A stretch of 64,000 nucleotides of DNA, taken from positions 360,756 through 424,755 of the forward strand of contig NMRA01000293.1 in the NCBI GenBank assembly GCA_002633005.1, in the 5' to 3' direction. The notes beneath the pieces were generated by a model. That model was not told where the DNA came from. It saw only the letters and a list, made by a program, of their open reading frames with translations, and did not search any database. Position numbers and translations under genes: made by a program. This stretch comes from Phoronis australis. Its lineage: Eukaryota; Animalia; Phoronida. Positions 13,101 to 24,000 of the stretch are shown here, piece by piece; position 1 is the first letter of the stretch, and each line of letters begins with the position of its first letter.

Positions 13101-16100
13101 CGAGTTCATTGGGGTTTGTTCACCTTAAAATTGCGAATTAAAACACGAGGCATGTATTCATTTCACGTGGCCCGAGTTGCGGGCAATTATTCACGATCGG
13201 AGAGATGTGGTAATACTTCAAAGAGCGCCTCGGTAAAGAATTCAGCATTGCCAACGAAAACGCATTTTTGTACGTCAAAGCCACGTGTTCTTGCAGCCTT
13301 TAACAATCATGACGGAAATTTTATTCCGTGCCCCAGAACTGAAGTCTGAAAAAGTGGCAGTGAAATGCCAAATACCACACCGTATTTGTAAAATCTAGTC
13401 ATCTAATTTCAATTTCAAATAGTTACAAACCAATCAAAATCGGCAAAAAAACATGGATTCAATCGAAAAATGGACTTACTTGAACGTGTACTGACTGCAA
13501 CGCTTACAGCTAGCCTCGTCTTCTGCCTTCCTGCACTGGACAGTGCCATCGCAAAGTGCCGTTTGAGAAACACAAGTACCATCTTCACAAATCCATTGCG
13601 AGGATTTACACCCTGGACTGGTTTCCAAGGAAACGGCTACTCGTTCACAAAGAACATTCAAAGGACTTGATTCTATGTTGTTACAATCAACATTAACAAT
13701 GCTCCAGTTAAACACAACTTCTCCGAACCAATTTGGTTTGGCCTTGGGTGCTAGCAGCAGTCTACATGTTGTATTCACTTCTGATGGCTGTGCAAGCCAA
13801 GTAGCTCCAAATTCTGGAATGAATCTCATAACAGACATGATGTGCTTTGCTACGTAGATGTCTGGATCTGATAATTTTCCATACTTCTTCACACAAATGT
13901 CCGTTGCCGCTGCAAACGAAAGTGGGGTAGTAATATTACCCATGGTAGTTATCAGTCGGTAACACTTTCCAAGGCGGTATATCCAGCCAAATGGACAGCT
14001 TGACGGAAACAATACGAAACCACTTTCATTGGCATTTATGCTCTGTTGCTTTGAATTGTTTAATTGCTCCTCAAATTCACAAACTGAAATCGTGCGAGGA
14101 GTTGGATAGTTACATGGCACCGAGAACCACTCTCCTGCCAGATGAGGATTCTGCACCACCATCATTGTGCACGAAAATTCTGGATCGTTCATTGGCTGAT
14201 ATTTTTGATCAAAAATAATCCTCCACATGTCATTTGAATATTTCATCGACATTTTAGTTGCTCCGTATAAATCTGCGTCCTTGTCTGCTGGTTGATACCA
14301 GTTTGTGAAAGTTGCAGGATTGCCGTCCACCCAACGAAACGTTCCGTTCGCCGGAAATTCATTTAGACCTAAATATACTGCAAGAAATGGTATATCATGA
14401 AGATAGTTGAAGACAACGCGCTTCCATCTTGATTTGAACATATTCCTGATGAAGCTGTTCTCGGCTTTCGTGTTCAGGGTTAATAAATGTCCGCCACTCG
14501 ATTCACACTTTCTCTGCGCATCGTACCAACTGGTAGAGGATTCGGGGGTTACTTTGTAATACTTTCCTCCAAAATACCCGTCAGCTAGGTAACCCTTTGA
14601 ACACCATGGAGAGCTTGCCATGGTAAGGACTGAATCGTTATTTCGAACCACTCTGTACTCCACTGTGAGTGGTTTTTCAGTGGCAAAGGCTTTATAAAAA
14701 TACTTGATGGTCACCGAATCAGCACTCAATGTACGAATTGGAAAGGGGTCGACTGGGAACGCGCTTTTGTTACAGAAACCCTTGTAGATATCGTATGTTG
14801 GGGAAAGAATACTTTTAATCCATGGGTTTGAACAGTTACACACATACATGTCTTGTACGTTATTTGTCTCATAGTTTGGACAGTCGCATAAATACATGTT
14901 ATCTAACACCTCAATGTTATTTAGCACTTCAACTTTGCAGAAAGAATAGATAGTGAGTTCATAAAAGGACGATTGTTCTGTTGGCTCTGAACAAACCGTG
15001 AACTCCACTTTCAGGTTTAACGACAAGATGACCGAGGCTTTGAACGGAATGCCCAACGTTCCACATGCAGAGTGTTTTTCCAAGGGCATGAGCTCGCTGT
15101 TTTTCTTTGGGCTACTTCTGAAACCCTGGTAATATATACATTCTCTGTCATATAATTTTTGATTAGCTTTATAAATGTCAAATGTTAATAAAATGCTGAA
15201 TTTCCACCCCTGACATACGGAAAATGTCTGTAGAAGCCGAAAGTTTGTTCCCGGTACCGCTAACCGCACTTTGTTGATTTCGTCTTTGAATGACTTGCTT
15301 AAAGTTGTTGGTTTCTTATTAAACAGGGTTACGTAGTTAAAACAACTTTGAGTGTTTGTCAGTCCTGCCACACTGCTATTTCTCAATATGACGTTCATAG
15401 GGACGTTCACAGACTTGATGTTAATTACTTGACTCTCGTAAGACCAAGGCTGAATGGAGACGCATGTTTCTGGGGGAGCAGAAAGAGTTGCTCTTATACT
15501 TCGTGGATGAAAACCTTGGCATTCAAATTCTTCCACGTCGAAATGGATGAACCGCGAGCCAACTTTTTTCGAATAGGAAGTCACGGAAAATGATAAATAC
15601 TGTGATGACGTCACAAATTCTGAAATTAAGTGCGTATTGATATCACGATCGCCACTGTAAGGGGTACAGAACGGTCCGATCACGGGAGAAGATTCATTGT
15701 ATCCATCAAAGAATACCAATCCTTGATAAGCGCAGTTTTCTGCTGCCAATAGGTCGTCGACCCTTTGCATCGTGACCTTGACGAAATGAGATGATCGACT
15801 AGCTTTGTATTGCCACGTACACTGTAGCTGGACACAATCTGTGTTAATTAATACAGTAGACGTGACGGGGTTAATGAGTCCGTAATTAAGGGCTGGATGT
15901 GACGATATACACGCTGAACACGACTCCGGGTTGCTATTGCGCACGGCACTGTATGAAACATTAAATGTATAACCATCCGCACCAGGCGCATTCACATTTA
16001 CGTTTAACAGCCCGTGGTGAAGTGAGCTCTTGATGTTGAACCGTTTCACTTTTTGGGCGCCGTTTCCTAATTTTACGAAGTAAGACCTCATATTCGCAAT

Positions 16101-17072
16101 AGCAACCGGTCCTTCGTGAAACTCAACGACCCCCGAATGTACGTGATCAACAACACCCAACAACACCAATGAAACACTCAGTGAATACCCAAATGGAGCC
16201 TTTATGTACCATGTGTAATTACACCTTTGATGGGAACCGTCTTGTTGAAGAAAAGAGTACATCGGGTTCGTTAGTAAAACGTAGCTTTCTGCACTGTTCA
16301 TCGCCACTAGATGCATTTTACCAACTCCCCTTTTTACAGTCGAAGCGCCATATATACCTCGAAACCTCCATCCACGCATATATATGTCGATGCTGACCTC
16401 AATAGAGTTCCCTGACGAGAAAACTGTCCAATCGTATTTCTTTCCACATGCCTTTTCTATGATTTTGTATGAAGAATCTCTGAATTCCTTCACTTCAATC
16501 TTCTCCATTGAGCAGTTCTGGTCTTGCATTATCGTTTCAAATTCCTGAACGTATAGCTGAATCACCTTGTCTTCTGCCAAAGTAAGAGACCAGGTACACC
16601 TCAGCGGAAAGTCCACGCGTTGGTCACTGGAAGCAGGCAGCACTGCAATATAGGTGTTTCGGTCGTCATGGTAACAGAACGAAGTGTTCTTTAAATCGGA
16701 CATAACGTTTGCAGCGATCAAAAAGCGAGCTGCTAGGTTCGGCGGTTCCCTGTGCAGTACCACGGTATAGTTGGTATAGGAAATCGGCAAGTATTTTTCT
16801 GAAAAATTCGGGCACCAGGTTTTAACTGCCTGTCCTTCCTCCACTAGCTGGATATTTACCGCACTACAACTCTCTTCAGTCTCTACGCTGAAATCTATCA
16901 AAGTTATTTTTGTGTATTTTCCCCTGGCCTCCTCCAACCTCCATTCAAGATCTTGTCCAATTGCCAGGCTAGCTGAGTCGGGATATCCTACCGCAATCTC
17001 CACTCGGTACGTTACATTGCTTTGAATCCAAAAGAAAAGAAATGAAAACACGAGAAGGACGTTGAGCGTCAT
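10122..17072 (-). CDS. GRL101-like LRR/LDLa class A GPCR with N-terminal CUB-like and C-type lectin domains (exon 1 17072-13480, exon 2 12354-10122; ~1941 aa)
   Basis: ATG at 17072 opens a hydrophobic signal peptide (MTLNVLLVFSFLFFWIQS). CUB-like segments (CTWSL, CNYTWYI, CTWQY...GPFC), two CTLD-like segments (SWYDAQRKCESSGGHLLTLN...FRWVDG...WFSVPC; CPFGWIYRLGKCY), LDLa repeats, LRRs, SSCSNLM hinge and 7TM motifs (NLAVSD, DRL, TDFCCWMP, NPYLY) follow. A phase-2 intron (AA|gtaagt ... ttttcag|G) rebuilds an intact LDLa: [35 protein letters not shown]. Confidence 0.9.
12378..12604. mobile_element. Non-autonomous hAT-like MITE, CAGGG termini, 6-bp TSD TACCGT
   Basis: Starts cagggcttgga and ends ttttttgtcattggtcattccaatccctg; taccgt on both flanks. 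Same termini as the element at 60535-61045. Confidence 0.8.
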
Positions 17073-17905
17073 GCTACGGTGAATCAATTGAGAACTTTTG
17101 CCTTTGTTTACTGACGCCACATCTGTGAGTGTGTACGACCACTTGCTGGGTTAGCTGGTAAACTAATTTTTAAATTAGTATTCCCGCAAGGATATCAGAT
17201 CGCGAGCTCCGGGTGGAAATTAATTATTAAACAATAGCAATGCGTCTGAAAGTCTCACTACTATTTACACTTAATCATATGAAAACGTGTAAACTGACAA
17301 TACCTAAATATTGTTTCTGTGATTCCCAAGATAACTGTATCCGCACTTCGGTCGCTGTGTTTGTGACATCGCGAACTAAATACTATCAATCAAATCAAAA
17401 ATAGTAGGATATACTGGCACATGCAAATATCTAGTTGCTCTATTTACTAAATTTCTGCAATAAAATGTTACACCGCCCGGATGTGTCAATCAAGCCTACC
17501 GTTGGGTGCTTTTAAACGGTAGACGCTTAACTGTTCCAATGTATTTTTCATGTGTTTTGTATTTTTGATATCAATACGGCACCAGAAAAACATGTTTATT
17601 TTGTACGAAAGCAATGAATGTTTATTTTGACGATTTGCCGATCATTCGGTTCATGCACAGTTTACCTTGTTTTGTCTTTAAAACTGATCTTGTGCAAGTT
17701 GTGTAAAGGATACTAATAGTACTTTGTTTTCACCTGCTTAGAATAATAGAATGAGTCACATTCTACTCGACTGAGAAGCAGCACTGCGTAAATAAAACCC
17801 CGCATTTATGTGAGTTTTTGTTAGCAATTCTCTGAGCTAATTAAAAATTCAACTTAACCGTTCAATATTGGTGGACAACAGAAAATTAGAAAACGATAGG
17901 CCTAC

Positions 17906-17960
17906 TTAAAGCAGCATTTCGCCTTGCTTAGTTGGCTAAAAACGAAAGTCGAATGAGGAA
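17906..17960 (+). mobile_element. Terminal fragment of a TTAA-associated (Kolobok-like) repeat; second copy at 25409-25465
   Basis: ttaaagcagcatttcgccttgcttagttggctaaaaacgaaagtcgaatgag versus ttaaagctgcatttcgttgtgtttagctggctaaaaaacaaaaattgaattgag. Other end not located. Confidence 0.45.
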
Positions 17961-18393
17961 CTAAAATGAAGTTGAAAGAGTGCAAATATTTTTCTGGTCT
18001 ATTTTTATCTTTCAGTTGTTCCAGTTAGCTGCCCGGTCCTATAAACGCAAAATTTGCCAGAGACATCGTCACGATACTGTGAATTAATTCCGCAGATAAG
18101 CAAAAACGTAGTGAAATATATTATGTCCCGAATTTTATACATAGTCTTGTTTGTATTTGACACTCACTGATATTGTTAGAACTACCCTGCAAACTAGAAT
18201 TTTTAATTGACGCCCGAAAGTAGGTCTTTGAGTTTATATTCGAAAATTTTTCCCGAATTGTCACGTGGTGAATAACTTGCCGGTAGGCGGTTGAAACAAC
18301 GCAATTTGATTTGGATGTAATAATGAGTATATTGAATAAATGTTTGAATTTCCCTAAATGAATAATCATAAAGATTAACAAAGAAGGCTAATT

Positions 18394-19049
18394 TAATCAG
18401 TCTGTGATCACGTTTCCCGTTCCTGGCGTCGGCCTTGGATCCAGTGTTACACTTGTTATGAGGAGTTTCCTCTTCTCTTGATCATTCGATCCAGTCTTCC
18501 AAGCAGTCTTCACTTGAAGAAATGCTTCGGAATAACCATGAAGTTCAGTCCATCGAACAACATATATGTTAACATTCAGTCCATCGAATTCTAGATACAA
18601 TTTACCCTCTTTGAAATTCAGTCCATCGAATTTCTATAACTTGTGATATTTCTCAGCAAAAAAGCAGCATCTCTTCAGGAATATCTGCGATATCTCTCTA
18701 GCAAGCTGGTTGCCTCTCTCTAAGAAATATCTAATACCTCTATACCAATCTGGTTGCCTCTCGTTGGAAATATGCCTTCTTGAAAAGCTAACGGTATACT
18801 TATACTCAAACAGAATAAAGGTGGGCGAGTTAGATCAAAACATAAAACCCACAAACTTCCTCCAAATGTACTCATAGTTAGTTCCCAGAACAACATCATA
18901 AGATTCCACATATGAACCTAAGCTTTCGCCAAATATGGTCACGGACAGACAAATTTTAAGTAATTTCTGCTGAATAATAACAAAACTATAGTTGTTGTCA
19001 GAACTGGCTAACCCCACAGTTGACCAATTCCGGTGAATTTAAAGTTACA
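18394..19049 (-). mobile_element. Possible solo LTR-like insertion
   Basis: Minus strand begins TGTAAC; taatt 5-bp direct repeat on both flanks (18389-18393, 19050-19054). Short internal tandem motifs (ttcagtccatcgaa x3; ctggttgcctctc x2). The far end is ...ATTA, not canonical CA. Confidence 0.35.
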
Positions 19050-20596
19050 TAATTCTGCCAGCATAGCATAAACACACGGTTAGAGACAAATATGCTGATT
19101 CGTTTCCTATACACTCATAGGAGGCAATAAATTTCAGTAAACAACTAATACCCTTAATTAATTACACAACAACCACTATATACTTAATTAATACTAATAC
19201 TTCTCATGTAATATTATTCTCATGTACATAGTTAACCCAAGTTGTAATGTGTTTTTATCATACCTTAATGATAAATAAATGACATGTTCATCCTACATAA
19301 AATCTCCCCGTAACACGAATATAGGCCCATGGGTCTCTACTTGGAGGTGAGCTTGTTTTCGTAAATTCCCAGCTGACTGCCGGACCTCCTTTCTAATACA
19401 TGTAATCATAAATAAATCATGACTGAAATGTTGGACACTGGGGCACTCGGCTCGCTTTTTATCTTTTTTCGCGGCGGGCACACCACCAGAACCAGAATGG
19501 TTTTCAGTTTAACGTTTTGTAATGTCTAAATTACAATTTTCTCTTATCTTTATACATGATACGCCCATACTTATATCCATGTGTCTATATTTCAGTGACA
19601 CCATAGGTTTTCTTTTCTCGTAACTGATGTTCCGTGGTCATCATACTCTCGGGTCCTTCACGGAGTCTCTATAAGTTTTATGTATTTTACTGTATTTGTT
19701 AATGTGTGTTGTGACTACAGTGTTTCGTTACCACACGCAACTGTAGAGGTAGCAGAATTAGATGCATGAGCAAGTATCATCTTTTCAAAATATCATGAGG
19801 ATGAAATTTGACTTATCCTTTACAAACCCGTACATGTTGACATGTATTTGGACAGAAGGACACGCCGCAAGAGATAGCCATCTCATTGCGCATTGGAATA
19901 ACAGGCCCATGATTCACTATATAGACAACAATTCACCTAAGTAGAGAAAATGCATTATTTCGGAAGTAGGCACATGGGCCCAAAGTATGCTGTTACGCAG
20001 TAGGCCTATGGAACGAATAAATTTATCTTATTTGATAAGCAGCTGCTCGTAGCCTGGTAAGTTTACATCACTCTCTGAGTAGTTTACGTCCGGCACCAAT
20101 GCTCGAATTGCCATCTCTTGTGTGGAAATTCTTTACTAAGTACCATCATACGCACCTTCAGCAAATACTTTTTTGTAGTGTTGTCATATGTGGAGATTTT
20201 TGCTCTACAATTGACTGCTCGTTCGCAGAAAAAACGAATGTTGTCGTGGGAACCTTCTACCCTGAGTCACACCGAGGAGTGTACGAGTACTACAATCCTT
20301 GGTCACACCTTTATATTTTATAGTGGGTCGATTTATTAGTGGGAAAATCGATTAGTGAAGGTAATAGGAAATCAGTCGGGTGAATTTGTTTGACAGTTTG
20401 GTGTGCCTCCCGTCTGGTTTGGCATGAACAGCAGGTAGGCCTACAAAAATGCTGGTCGGTGAATTGTAAGCTATTCATGACTAGAAAAGGCGCCAGAGAT
20501 TAAACTTGCGGTTCAAGAGCAGGTACATGACAGCTCGTCAGAAAATATGTGACAATGTATTCATAAGTAAACGTTGTTGACTTATAAGGCTGAAGC

Positions 20597-20961
20597 CAGA
20601 GGCGGATCCAGGATTNATAACTGGTACGTAACTGTATATGAAGAATTTTTCAATATTATGTATCCGCCAGTCAAATAAACTTAATTGTTTCATGATTAAC
20701 TGGCTTAATGTTTGGATTGGATAAGGAAAGTTGTGACACTGGCGCCAGAGTCTGAGGTACAAGGGCGCCCTCTGTTCATTTCACAAAGACTTAAACCTCA
20801 CTAGCGTCAAGGGTAAAAAATTCCAGGGGGGGGCAGGGCAGAGTATTAGCCAGGATTTTGCCTGTGTGACATTCGCACCCCCGAGGTGTTAAATGAAATA
20901 CGGGAGAATTTTAGGGGAAGGCCTGGCCCCCATGCCCCCCCCCCCCCTAAATCCGCCACTT
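20597..20961. mobile_element. GC-rich MITE with CAG(A/T)GGCGGAT-type inverted termini upstream of geminin
   Basis: cagaggcggatccagg ... cctaaatccgccactt with G/C runs; (t)gaagc duplicated on both flanks. A single-N join at 20616 lies inside it. Confidence 0.55.
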
Positions 20962-21058
20962 GAAGCAGTTTGCTAAGTAAGAATGTCTTTGCCCGGTGTA
21001 CACCGTGAACGAATCTCGGCACAAACGTCTTCGGTACTTTATAGAGGGCGCTACTTCT

Positions 21059-21086
21059 TGACGTCATATTGGCGCGGCATTTTAAA
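21059..21086 (+). promoter_or_regulatory. CRE + E2F/CDE-CHR-like cell-cycle promoter module of geminin
   Basis: TGACGTCA (21059-21066), TTGGCGCGG (21069-21077) and TTTAAA (21081-21086) lie directly before the ATG. Animal geminin is an established E2F target. Confidence 0.55.
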
Positions 21087-24000
21087 ATGGCGACTTCGAC
21101 TTCAGTAAGACGTGGTGTAAAAGTTCAGTCAAAAATTACAAATATTTCAAAGCCTGGTGTACTTGACGATGAGGTAACATTATCTTATTGTACCCTATGT
21201 ACTAAACTATTTCGAATAAGTTCAACTTATGGAAAAACTTTGGGTGTTTGCCAAGTATTGGTGTCGTTTTCCTTAGACTTAGTTGAAGAAAATGTTATTT
21301 TTTATAAAGTTTGGGATTCATGTGATTCATTGTGATTGTACAAATTTGATATTATAGTGAAATACCCATAATTAGCTTTCAGTGTGTCTCGAGGTTGACC
21401 TTTTCACGGAATTAACCTCTTTAAGCATTGAGTCCGTCAATTTAAATATATACATACAATAACAGCAAATTCAGTTCTTTTACCTTGTTTTAGATGGCAG
21501 ATAAAGCCAAAGGTGCTAAAATTTACCTGACATTTGATGATTTGTGGATCATGACTATTTATCACGTATTTTAGGCTTGGCATTCATTGCCTGACCTTAT
21601 CATTTTGCACCAATAAAACGTCAAACCATGACACAAAACCCTTGTGGATATATCAAACTTTCGAACTAAAGAGTTGTTTTATTTTGTTGATTTTCTGAAA
21701 ATTTGAAAGTACGTCTGAGGTCAGCCATTTACGGGAAGTAGCGGGTATGTGTGATGAATTGCTCATCAAACATTGTTCATGTTTAGAGATGTAAAACTCA
21801 TTAACTATAACATGAGCGCTCGTAGCCCAGTAAGTTCCTGATCATAGAACTTGAGCACTGATTGCACCGAAAATTCTTGAAGCCTTAATTCAATGGTATT
21901 CCTCATGACCAAACAGTGTACCTGAAATTGAACCATTCTGTGCAAGTGCGTTCATGACTGGGTAGATTGGTCATTTTATAACACTGGCACCAATCACTAG
22001 ACTAGTTACCAGCTTACCCTAGAGCACTGGCCACGGCAACATATCTCAATAGGACCTCATAGTTCCATACCACAAAAGCTGTCTGGTAGAGTTGCAAGTT
22101 TAATATGAACAATCAATGCACAAATTTACTGGAATTTCCCTGAAATCTCATATTTGAATAGATCCCCTTCACTTTTAGAGAACTCTGAATTAACACATAA
22201 TTGAGATTGGCACTTACACGGCTGTTCAGGGACACGACCGGCTTAAACCATGGTTTCATGGCATTTGAAAAGCGGGGAATGCTGTATAACTTATTCATGG
22301 GACTCTGAAAACATTTGCAGTCACAAACACTCGAAATTGTCACAGCCGGATTCACTGCTGAGTTTCCACTTTCCACATTTGATAGGTAAATCATCTTTGT
22401 CAGAAAATTTACTATTGAAGACTTCATAGGGGAATGGGGCCAATGTTCAAGGGCTCTGGGGTTATGTGAGTTTCAAAACTTACGTTTTAAAATTTATTAT
22501 TGTAGAGATTACCTTTGTCTTGGAAACTGGGCAGTAACCTCGAAACTAAACACTGAATGGTTGCCAGGATGGAGCATTCTAATTGGTTAATTGAATGACA
22601 CCTTGTTAACTATTTGTTCACTATCCTGAAGGTTGCTAAGAAGCGAAGATCATTAAAGGTATTACAGTATTCATCGACAAGTAACTCTCTCACCAGCAGA
22701 ATCTCTGAAGACGAGCCAAAGAAGAAAGTAAGTGGCAAAAAATTCACAGGAGCAAAATGACTGACCTCGGCAGTCACAAAATACAAGCTTCCACGTCTTG
22801 TGGTAAAAATTTCACTCACTCAAAAATGTGACTAAACGTGCTCTGGGCAATTAGAAGTTCACTGGCTGGTTATCCAGGTGACGAGTGACTTTTTAAAACA
22901 GTTCTAAGGCACTCTATCCACCTTCTGTGTGGAGGTCAAATAAATTTCCTTACCACTGTTGTGTTTTTACTAGGACATTAGCCTCATTACAAACATTACG
23001 GGCATTCCCAAAGTGTCATTTCAATAATTTTGATATTTTCAAAACGCCGATAAAAGTGTCCTTTGAAATGTGGTAAACTAATTTTGTGTCACATTTGCCG
23101 TTGCATCTGGATCGACGACATCACCTCCTGTGTTGCAACAAGTTTATCTTTCAAAAGAATCGGCCTTTCGTTGCAGTCTTGAGAACTGATGTGTATTCCA
23201 TTCCAAAGTTTTCAGACAAGCGTGGTGAGGTTGGACGAAGTATGCGCAACTTCACTCAATTTAGATCATTTACTCAGAGACTAGCTTTGTCTAACTAGGT
23301 CAAAGAGTATTCACATACAATGCACCACAGTGAGGATCAAGAGACCTAGAAAGGTTTTAGACTTTAGGTCAACATGTTGTGCATAGGTCACGATCGATGT
23401 ATCCATTTTCGTTGCAGCCTTGCATACGGAAAGCGCATTGTTTTGGTAAAAGAAGAATTCTCAGTTTCATACGGGACTGGCTGAATATGTGGTGACTTTT
23501 GTCCAATGAACAAACAATTTTTGATCAACTTATGGCTGCAATTGCAGTTGGATGGGTGTACCAACACGAAAAGGACTTTTGAGCCCTGAGAAGCATTCTG
23601 TGTGAAAAACTGGACAACTTGATTTTGGGCTGGGCAACTTATTTTTCTGAGTCAGCTGCCTAGCTTGTGACTGGGCGTTTGAGGCTTAGTCCTATCCCTG
23701 CTTTAGGACACAGTATGCCAGGCAAGTGGACTTTCACTTTGTCAAATTTCTCAGTAAAATCGTTGCTTTGATAATCAGGAACAATGGGTATGAAAGGCTT
23801 TTCAATTAGTAATTCTTATTTAGGGGGCAAAAAGAGTTTTGAAGAACCAAAGTGAGAAGTCGTCAAAGAAGAGAATACTGCCACACATTGGGCAAATTGC
23901 CATATTCCAAGATGAGGACAGTTGCAGAAATGAGGTCAATGGTGAATGCAACACTACAGATAATGAAGCAGAGTTGCTAACTGGTGAGTGTAGTGTTGGC

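Noticed and set aside
13501-13508. Alternative donor T|gtaagc for GPCR exon 1
   Set aside because: Phase 1 does not fit the phase-2 acceptor at 12354; the donor at 13479 restores a full LDLa.
17073-17120. GTG start of the 1214-aa ORF
   Set aside because: Eukaryotic gene; ATG at 17072 directly opens a signal peptide.
21494-21512. Possible extra geminin microexon
   Set aside because: The 19-nt version breaks phase and the 12-nt version has weak sites; exon 1 joins the next exon in frame without it.
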